DNA of 53,267 nt, counting the filler, from Dirinaria sp. TL-2023a (lineage: Eukaryota): the NCBI GenBank assembly GCA_051941275.1. It is 3 parts of 3 records of this genome, joined end to end, with 100 filler letters (N's around TTAATTAATTAA, not from the genome) between each part and the next. Parts side by side here need not be neighbours in the genome. Positions count along the whole stretch, not along the records: positions 1 to 17,708 come from JAVEBF010000414.1; positions 17,809 to 35,495 come from JAVEBF010000415.1; 1 more part is not named here. One strand, written 5' to 3'. Position numbers and translations under genes: made by a program. The notes under the pieces were generated by a model. That model was not told where the DNA came from, did not search any database, and saw only the letters and a list, made by a program, of their open reading frames with translations. Shown here piece after piece: positions 13,887 to 22,819 of the stretch (the stretch's first letter is position 1; every line of letters begins with the position of its first letter).

Positions 13887-13919
13887 GAAGAAGAAGAAGA
13901 AGAAGAAGAAGAAGAAGAA
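13887..13919 (+). repeat. (GAA)11 microsatellite
   Basis: Direct reading; lies just beyond junction copy 2. Confidence 0.95.
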
Positions 13920-14157
13920 AAAAAGGAAGCGTGTTCCCTGCTCGTACATTTAAATTCGTGGCCTCACTTTTCGTCCTTCTTGATTCCGGACCCCATCGTC
14001 GAAAATTTAAGCCTCCTTTCTGAATCAACATCCAATTTCACGTCATCGTTTTCAAAAGCGTAAGTGCGCGAGATGCGAGTCAAATCGTTTCACCAAATTG
14101 AGCCAGTGTTGAAAGTTCTCGCTTAAGGTAATATCAACCTACAGATACCTAAGGTAG

Positions 14158-14260
14158 CACAGCGGGTGGAACGCGCCCGCCGTACGCAAGGATACAAGGG
14201 TGTTTTTGCGGTAGACTCGGCGACTAAATCACGCTACGCGGGCGCGTTCCACCCGCTGTG
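14158..14260. mobile_element. Putative MITE / foldback element, 103 bp with 23-bp perfect terminal inverted repeats
   Basis: cacagcgggtggaacgcgcccgc (14158-14180) and its exact reverse complement (14238-14260). It is absent from the equivalent position of the other array units. Confidence 0.65.
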
Positions 14261-15410
14261 TAACTACTGTAGAGCCAAATCTAGCCTAACCTGAAGCGCG
14301 TCCTTCTCAGGATCCTTCAATACATGTATCCAACACTTCCCCTCAATAACTCCACATCCATACCATCCACCAATGGCTGCTTCGTTCTCAAACCCTTCCT
14401 CCTCAACTCACCTACCACTGCATGTTTGTTCCCAGTGTATTCAGAAGACGTCAAGATGTCTTCCAAGTCATCAAATCAGTCCGGCTTTCAAGGCATTATG
14501 AGCCCTGGATCAGCGCTGTAAGTAACCACGCCGGAATGATGGATAGTGAAAAGTCTGATATATTCTAGACTAGAGCCCCACACGATCCCAAAATTTGATA
14601 ATCTTTCGAAAACCCTCTGTCGAGCAAGTCCTCCACCACACGACGGAATCGGAAAGTAGAATTCGAGGACATCCATATTTATAACACCCACAAGTCCACG
14701 GGAACTCCAATGCAGCAGCCGAGCGCCCTAAGCCGCTAGAAATGACGCAGAGCGGACCAACTACAACTGACCTCTCAACAAACGTTCCTGCAGCTCCACA
14801 AAATCGAGAAAACGTCCTCAATTTCCAAAGCATCGATTGACCTCCTCCATTGTCCCACGGCGGATGAGCTCAAGCACCCCACAGCCTACAAGGGCCCCAA
14901 TTCTCGAGCAGTGCTTCGTGGATTAGCGGGGCTGACCAGCGACGAGTCCGATTTACGCTTAGCTTCCTCCTTATCCGCATACCTGTTGAGCGATCTATTG
15001 AGTATGACCCCAGGCCAACAAAAGTATGCCCTCACTGACCTGGGACTCAATTCCTAGTTGATCGGCTAAAATGGGTAGAGACTTCTTATCGCCTGGCAAG
15101 CCTCCCGATCACCTCGGACACCTCCTCATTTACATCCAACTCGAAAGTGGCGTTTACGCAAACATCCACTACCAGATGCCAGTCGTTCGAGTAGGGGGGA
15201 ATACTTAAGCTAGAAACAGCTTTTTGAGCGAGATCTATGTGGATATTGCAGCGTGGGTAATGCTCTGATATTATTTTCATCGGCCACTATCATGTCTATT
15301 TGGTCACTTGAATCCTTCCTGACACCAAATCTGCCCAGAGCTTAACCTCGAGGCCAAAACCTGTTTTTACTTCAAAAGCGGATCTCATGGACCATACCTC
15401 ACAACTAGGA

Positions 15411-15477
15411 TAGTTGCTCCTGGAAGGGAAAGAGACTGAAGGTTTCCACCTCAGAACCCGACCTCTCTAGCTAGCTA
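15411..15477 (+). other. Conserved structured junction element, copy 3
   Basis: TAGTT..TGGAAGGGAAAGAGACTG-aaggtttccacct-CAGAACCCGACCT-ct-CTAGCTAGCTA. Confidence 0.85.
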
Positions 15478-16798
15478 CACCGTCGAACCAAATCTTTGCC
15501 GCTCAGGCCTTATGCCTTGGTTTCCTCTCTCCATAACTAGAATCACGATCAAAGTTCCTCTTGCCTCTTTTCCTACCCCATGCTCCAGAATATCATCTAG
15601 AGCCCCACTGGTCTCCGAACCCAATGTCGGCTCACCCTCAACATTCCCAAGGGCTCACATGACCCAAGTGTTGAAAATCTCGCTTAATCCTAGCGTCTCG
15701 ACTTAGCGTGAAATCTCTTCTGATAAGCGCGTTCGAGGTTCAACCCCAAATAATCCCACATACGCTGCTTGGTTTGCACCTTCCATTTTTCTCCTCGCTC
15801 TGCCTACCTCTCAAATGGGTCCAATGTTGCGCGAAAAAATCCTCCTGGTAACTTACCATCAGATCGGGCGAGTTGCAATATCACAGGTTTGTGAGCTTAG
15901 GTAGGTTAAACGCGAACAATCAGACAGCGAAGGATTGACCTGTTCTCGAAGAAAAACTTGCACCGGTCGCGACTTGCAACGCGCTCTACAAGGCTTTCCA
16001 TCGAGCGAGTTCATTCCACCAAAAACCTCCTCTTAAATCGAAGGATGCCACAATAACGCTCTATCTCTTTCGAGATGGAAACTCAAAAACTCCTCAAAAT
16101 CTCTCTATCAGGACCCCGTATCTGCGGTTAGATAGGCCCCCTACCTGTTTCAGGGGCCCCTGGCACTGGAATCAAAAGACTAATTAAACCAGGTTCCCGA
16201 CTTGGCGGTCTATTCTCCTACTTGTGTATGCTCATAGGACACTCTGTCTTTAGAGACAGAATCTAAGCTCGACAAAAGTAATACATCGCCAAGATACTCA
16301 AACTAGTCTACCTCGGTCAAAAAGTCTCAACGGTCTTCAGTATCTCTCTCTACATCAGCGCAGCTTAACACAGAATCCACCACGCACCAACTCTACATCG
16401 TCCAAAGAAAGTTTGAGACATGAATCCATCACGCAGTCAAAAAGCGCTGCTAAGGATCAAGCAAGCCACACCAACACCACGACAAGAAAGCGCTCAAAAA
16501 CGTTGTGTCGGAAAGTTTATGGAAGCGCGGTCTCGCACATCAGCTTTCAATGTTTCGTCATTCGTATCCGGCATTGACAGTTTCGAAAGTCTGGATGCCA
16601 GTCACTTGCAGGATATCAGTCGCGCTCAGAGAGATGGGAAAGTCGGCGCGTCTCTGGAGCGGAAGTTTCACTCGTAGGGATTGCACCCATCTCAGACCAC
16701 CATTCGGGTCATGTTCTGACATAACTCGCAGCAGAACTCGAACAGAATTTTTGGCAAGCTCATGCACGCTTCATGTATAGGAAATGGGTATTATTAGA

Positions 16799-16890
16799 TA
16801 GTTCACTCCTGGAAGGGAAAGAGACTGGGGCGCGGCCTATAAGCCCCAGAACCCGACCTTCTCGTGTCAAATCCATGTAGATAGTAGCTA
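16799..16890 (+). other. Conserved structured junction element, copy 4
   Basis: TAGTT..TGGAAGGGAAAGAGACTG-gggcgcggcctataagccc-CAGAACCCGACCT, then ~22 nt, then TAGTAGCTA. Confidence 0.8.
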
Positions 16891-17708
16891 ATTTCATAGA
16901 GATTACACACTTAATTTATCTCATGTCTTCTTGACGCTCTAACATGATCCATAATCATCCCGTCCATGACATATCTAGGGTTCGGATTGATGTTTCCCCA
17001 ATCTCGCTCATCATAATCGTGCTCTTAGATTCCTCGTTCATAGCCTTCTTTCCACACCAAGCCACGAGTTATTCAAGTGATAAGTCTCAATCCAATCCAT
17101 AGCTTAGATCTGCTCTGCACTACATACATACGAAACGTTGGCCAGCGGAAATATTACTACACTACGGCTTGAAACAAACACGATCGACAAATTTGTCAAG
17201 CAACTCTTTCTTTCCATCGAGTAAGTAAGTCATTTCACTGCTGAACTCGTCTCGACGATCAGAAGAATGGTTCTAATATTGAACTTATAAGACATATATA
17301 ATTCTCGCGTTGTTGCCAGGAAGAAAGATATACAAGCCATCTCAAAAGGCGCGCCAATACTAGGTAGAGGTTACCAGGAAACTCAAAACACGAATCCGCA
17401 ATCTCGAAACAAACAAGCGTCACTTAGATAAGCAAAATCTCTCTCTCTCGAAAAAGCTCTATACATACATCAACCCAGACTCAAACGTTCAAAAGATATA
17501 CATAACTTTAAAAAAACCTCGATAACAACAAATATTCGTTAAAAATCCGAAGAATATAGTTAAGAAGAAAGATCAAACATTTCTCAAAATTAACACTTCC
17601 TTCTCGACTTCTTGTTCACACAACGTCAGCGTACCGTACAGTATTTGCGCGATCTTGAGAGCAGCAGAAACAGAATAGTACACGATCCCCCCACCCCCCA
17701 AAAAAGGC

Positions 17709-17808
17709 NNNNNNNNNNNNNNNNNNNNNNNNNNNNNNNNNNNNNNNNNNNNTTAATTAATTAANNNNNNNNNNNNNNNNNNNNNNNNNNNNNNNNNNNN
17801 NNNNNNNN
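17709..17808. other. Artificial assembly gap/linker
   Basis: 100 nt of N with a central TTAATTAATTAA (stop codons in all six frames). Confidence 0.97.
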
Positions 17809-18511
17809 CGGCTGGCATGTGACGGATATATGTGCCGCGATGGGGAGTCTGGGTCATGCGGCATTTTACGGTGTGGATGTTGGGTGCCTTACTTGCAAGA
17901 TAGGAATGGTTGGGGGAAGGTTGAGATAGGGGCGGGTGTTGATAATTTCCTTTTTGGGGCGTTCGGAACATGCAAATGTCTCATGGCGCATCCAAACAGC
18001 ATGAAGCTGAGTTCTAACTATACTAGAAATGTTTCTTGATGTTGAATTGAGGCATAATAAGGTAGATGTTGAAGAAAAGTGCCGGTAAAGACTCCGGGGT
18101 TCAGGTTCAGAGCGGAGTTGAAAAGGGTGGCAAGAAGAAAGAGCTGCGTCATGAGCATTCAAACTAGAACATTGGCCTATGGCCTCAACGGTCGTGGTAT
18201 TGAGAAGAATGGCTAGGAAGCCCATTAGGCTAGCTGTGTCAGAAGTAGTAGAGGCGAAGACGTGGGATGGGGATTATAGCTTTCATTGAGTGATCGGCCC
18301 TATCAAAATAAGGAGTGGATAACCGCGACTGCAACCTATGCTCTCCCTGTACTCACTTGCATGGTGACAACGGTAGTTCGTAGGAATTCTTATTGATTCT
18401 CTATTATTGCATGCATATGATTTCCCATCCTGCGCATCCTTGGTGTTGGTCAGAATCGTCTGTGAGCAGTTGCGACTGCTGATTCAGTTCCCATGAATTA
18501 GCATATGTACT

Positions 18512-19246
18512 TTAGCTCTCCACTGGTACCCCGGCCAAGAAATCCAGCCCCTTTTTTTTATGTTGGGCATATGCCCAGCGCCGAAAGTCCTTTACATCCG
18601 AAAAGCCGTCTCGGTCAAGACAGCCATAACATCCAATGAATTCAACCAGTGCTCGCTTCAGATTAGGTAGTGCTGGGGATGAGCTGACAGACTCGCGGAT
18701 TTCAATGAGGTTTGCCGTACATGGCTCCTCTCCTTCGAAGTGTTTAGTAGAATCCAATGTCACACGGATGTAACCCAGATTGGGCATTCGTTCTGCGAGC
18801 TCGAAGATTGGCACCATTGATCCAAACCCCCAGACACTCGTTTTCTGGTCAGGGTGCTGGTAAAAAATTGGTACTGTCACCTTTATGCTTCTTAAGGAGG
18901 TGAAGGGTGGAGGCATGGGTTTTCTCCGGGGCCGGAAGCCCATCTTGGCGAAATAGCGAAGAAGATTGGGTCTTGCAAAGCAGAATTGGTTCGTCGAGTG
19001 GATGATGTGAATGGCTTCTGCAGTTACCTGACGGGAGACCAACAACATGACCATGATGTGCCGAACTGACGGACCTTGCTCTGTCCGTGCCCCGAGAGAG
19101 CGATGTCGTGGACGGCCTTGCAGACCGCCTTGCAGAATGAATTGCCCATGATGCTCGATATGTATGATCTCGTTTCCGCAAACATGGCTGTATATCTGAT
19201 CTCGCACCTCGCGTGGCAAGTCTAGGAATCGGAATGATTCGCTCAT
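18512..19246 (-). CDS. Hypothetical protein with N-terminal F-box-like 'FRFLDLPREVRDQIY' motif
   Basis: 244-aa ORF; the motifs FRFLDLPREVRDQIY and LLVSRQV..EA..I.HSTNQF are typical of an expanded fungal orphan family. Confidence 0.7.
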   Translation of the reverse strand: MSESFRFLDLPREVRDQIYSHVCGNEIIHIEHHGQFILQGGLQGRPRHRSLGARTEQGPSVRHIMVMLLVSRQVTAEAIHIIHSTNQFCFARPNLLRYFAKMGFRPRRKPMPPPFTSLRSIKVTVPIFYQHPDQKTSVWGFGSMVPIFELAERMPNLGYIRVTLDSTKHFEGEEPCTANLIEIRESVSSSPALPNLKRALVEFIGCYGCLDRDGFSDVKDFRRWAYAQHKKKGLDFLAGVPVES

Positions 19247-20488
19247 CCTAGATGAAGATCAGATATTTACTCAACATCTGGGCGACTCTGGCTTACTTAA
19301 GGCAACTCTTTCTTTAGTGTAATGGCGTGAAAGATATTGGTTGGCTATGTCAGCAGCGACGATGGGAGTGTGATTAGCCTGAGAGACCGAGGGTTTTGGG
19401 AAAGGTTTGATTGGCTGAGCGTGGCACACTTTGGAATTCCTGGTTGAGAGACTGTCAGCGGCAGCTACAAATAGTAAATAGATTGGTGACGGAATCATAT
19501 GATACATTTGTGAAGGAGTCATAAAGGAGTGAAGAGAAATGACTCCTCACAGGCAGATTATGGTGTATATGACACACCTTTTGGTCTCGGTAAATTGTGT
19601 TGAGTCCAGCCCAATAGCGTGTCTCCAAACTGCGTGTAGAAAGCATCCTCAAATTTTTGAATGGCTGCTTATGTTCTGGATTTTGGAACGTCACCGCTTG
19701 TAGAAATCGGGGTGTAACACTTAAAGAGCCAGCGAACCTGAACACTCAGGTAGAGAGATAAGTCACGAGTCATACCAGGAAGCGCGGCATTCAATGTTCG
19801 TAATAGCAATATATAGAATCCAAACAAGCAATTGTACAAGACGTCATTGACTTTTGAAGGTGAACGCGGTTTTTCTGTACTCCGGCTGACCACGTGCCTT
19901 TGCCTGCTACGCCCTATTCAGCAAACGTCCTCGCCCTTGGCCCTTGAGTGTCTATTATTCTTTTCGAACGCAGAAGTAAAAGCAAGCCAAAGCTCTTTTC
20001 CCATGTCAAAACCGAGTCGAGACACGAGATGCAAGATGTATTATGAGTCTATCATTGTCAATAGTATCAATCGGTCATGGTGGATAACGTATTTGATCTC
20101 TTGGTATTGTACAAAGCAAATCTGAAAGCCATTGCAACATGATGAGTAGCTTGGCTAGACTCATAGTCTACGGGATGCTTGTCTTAAGAATACATTGCCT
20201 AAATGCAAGTGTAACCCCCCCATAGACTTTATCATGAGCAAACAAGAGCCTGCACGCAAAAAATACAGTCTAATTATGCTGCCGAAAGCAAAGGCATGAC
20301 TTTTGAGAAGGAGTGGCAAGAGTACCTGAAGTCAACTAGCACCCAGCATTGTTCTCTAGACCCGTCCCGGTAGCCTCTTGGAGTTGCCTTGTCGAAGAGC
20401 GGCCGAGAGATACGAAGCAGACACAATGCTGAGGACTCCGTATATTGTCGAGTAGAAGAGAGGGATGCTGATATGCCAGAACAGGGCT

Positions 20489-21829
20489 CTAATCTGTAGA
20501 GGATGTGACTTCTGTCAAGTCGCCACGGTAGTCTATGGTGCGGGCTTCCATCTGTATGATGACATAGCTGAACGTGCCAGAGACCGAAAAATTACAGTCC
20601 GAGGTCAGAAAGTCGCACATATGGTCGTAATCTCCGGGGCCGAGATATACTTGATCCAGTTTGACAAGTTGCAACTGAGGCTGACGGCATACAAATTCGT
20701 TGAAAGCCAGCTCGGCCATATGTACCCGGTGCAAGCGGAACTCTTTGAGTTTAGCAAACACACACCCGACTAGGAGCATGGAGAAGGGAGACCATTGGTT
20801 GTGGTCGACGAGTCCCAGATAAGTTGAATAGTCGTATGCCAGAGACAGAGATTCGAGGTTGCTGCTAAGCTGGAAAACCTGTGAGAGGCCGCGAAATACA
20901 CTCATTGGACCCTTTTTGACCGTGTCAATGACGTTTAAAACAAGCGTGAGACGGGTCAGTCCAGGCAAAGCATTCGAGGCGTGGAAACGCTCACGCCGAG
21001 TCATGGAGAGTACTGAAAGATTCAGTCCCAGGGATAGATGTTTGTTCTCATCTGTCGACTGAATAAGCTGATCGCCCAACCCCATCTGCTTTGTGTCCGT
21101 GATAAGCTGGGTGATCTTATTTGCGCCTGCTACAGAGATGGCATGCAGGATCATCCGCCAGCCGCTTGATGCCGATTGTGGAAGACCCGGATCTGGGGAT
21201 GTACACTTATCACGCTTGGCTTTGTGCGTTGAGGGTCCAACAGATACAGAACAGGCTTCATAAGAGTCAAATGGGTCGTAAGAGCGTTTCTGTGCCTCCA
21301 GAGTGACCTGGCGGCACCAGCAGTCGCCGTGCTTACGTCGATCGTGAGTCAACACGACGCTGTGTACCTGTGGTAGCGTTGTCAAGAGACAGCAGAGGAG
21401 CCCGAACATTTCTTCGTTCTCAAAGATCTCCTTCTGTTCCAGATGTAGCTGCCGCAGCTGGGCCCAGTGGCGTTTCAAATGGTCTTTCCCACAGCCAAGG
21501 CCATGATCCGCGGCGGCGTCGTCCGTGATATGCTCCGATTGTTTGATCTTCTCTTTATAGGTTTTCCAGCTCAAACTCTTGGAATGCTCCGAAGTATACA
21601 TAATGGTCTTTATGAAAGGTCCAAAACGTGCAGCGACGGACTTGGCTATCTCTAGGTCGGCGTATCGGGGTGCTAGCCAGACTCTATCGAATAACTGTAC
21701 TGCAGCAACCATATTGAAGGACCGGCAGACCAGACGGAGGGTTTGGAGAGCAGGCTTATCACAGTCGGATGCGATCAAGCGCGCCACTTCTGGAGGCACG
21801 TAGATGCCAGCACTGGAGTTTCCGTCCAT
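20489..21829 (-). CDS. F-box-like / LRR-like hypothetical protein
   Basis: 446-aa ORF; VPPEVARLIA...LQTLRLVCRSFN..A..LF at the N-terminus and LxxLxL repeats at the C-terminus. Confidence 0.7.
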   Translation of the reverse strand: MDGNSSAGIYVPPEVARLIASDCDKPALQTLRLVCRSFNMVAAVQLFDRVWLAPRYADLEIAKSVAARFGPFIKTIMYTSEHSKSLSWKTYKEKIKQSEHITDDAAADHGLGCGKDHLKRHWAQLRQLHLEQKEIFENEEMFGLLCCLLTTLPQVHSVVLTHDRRKHGDCWCRQVTLEAQKRSYDPFDSYEACSVSVGPSTHKAKRDKCTSPDPGLPQSASSGWRMILHAISVAGANKITQLITDTKQMGLGDQLIQSTDENKHLSLGLNLSVLSMTRRERFHASNALPGLTRLTLVLNVIDTVKKGPMSVFRGLSQVFQLSSNLESLSLAYDYSTYLGLVDHNQWSPFSMLLVGCVFAKLKEFRLHRVHMAELAFNEFVCRQPQLQLVKLDQVYLGPGDYDHMCDFLTSDCNFSVSGTFSYVIIQMEARTIDYRGDLTEVTSSTD

Positions 21830-22819
21830 TATGCCGAGTTGTACTGTAAAGATACGGAATGTTTACCACAGGGAGAATCGATTGCAGCTTGACAATGGAT
21901 TAAAAGACACTTCTCTTGTCAGAGCAGAGATTGACACGTGGATTGGTATCGTCTGGTTGTATGCTTTGTGTGCTAGATTTCAAGCAGGGTTGGACGAGAA
22001 TACTAGTATCGTCGAAGTGACCGTTTTATAACTGGAACGGACAAAACTAAGATACCATACAGATGCACCATCTCAATGAGGACTGGAGAATAGAGCAACG
22101 TACGAGAGAAGTGAAGCTGGCGTATCTTACTGAAGAGGTAGGGTCGTGGATGTGCCACGAAAACTGTTTAAAAAAAAAGGGGGAAAAAGGAAAACCAGTC
22201 TAGTATCAAAACTTGCTACTAAATCCCAACGAGGGGAGTCTCGGTGCAGTGGTATGCCTAACCCAAAAAGCCCCAATGAAGCCTGGATTCTGGCCTCTGC
22301 CCTTATAGTACGGCGTATGCCGGGATGTGTTTGGTAAGGCCACTTTCCTCTAGAGAGGGGCGACCTGTGCTTTTGCCATTCTCCATTTCGTTACTCTGAA
22401 CATGAGGACTTGAAGAGGAAAAGATAATTGTGCTCTATGGTAGTCTGGGTTCGTAACTTTGTTGCTCTCGTTTTGGTGAGATTGCCGTTCTGCGTGAGTA
22501 GATGGCTGATCGATGAGGGCTATGCTAGAGTTGAAAGGCAAAGTGACCCCTTACCTGAAAATCTTTCCCTCAATAGCAGATGAACAGGGTATATCAACAG
22601 AGCCTCCCTCTTCGGGCTTCCCTTATGTGGGCGCTGAGACCGATGCAGGACCAGGGGTTCAACAAAGAAATCCAGTACAGTGTTAATCCATATTCCTCGC
22701 TCTGGAAGCCGCAATGTGGAACCCATAGAGATGAAGCCTAGACTGTCCATAGCCCATAATATTGAGAGCCGAAAAGCAAACATAATGGGAATAGCTCGTC
22801 CCGCATTTACGGTTTCCAC

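Larger units (their letters stand above)
11201..17708 (-). repeat. Head-to-tail array of >=5 diverged ~1.4-1.6 kb units with decayed ORF-like interiors and conserved junction elements
   Basis: Junction core at 12332, 13814, 15421 and 16810 (spacings 1482, 1607, 1389). A TCTCGCTYA motif recurs at 11213, 12578, 14117, 15678 and 17002. Further collinear shared words occur inside the units. Confidence 0.85.

Noticed and set aside
13808..14023. ORF with poly-Arg (MPWKGKRLGW...RRRRRRRRRRRKK)
   Set aside because: Produced by the junction motif plus the (GAA)11 microsatellite.
12332..16859. CRISPR-like reading of the repeated junction motif
   Set aside because: The spacers are ~1.4 kb and homologous to each other, there are no cas genes, and the context is eukaryotic.
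17709..17808. TTAATTAATTAA palindrome within N runs (also 35496-35595)
   Set aside because: Identical 100-nt artificial scaffold linker; not biological. Adjacency across it is unproven.
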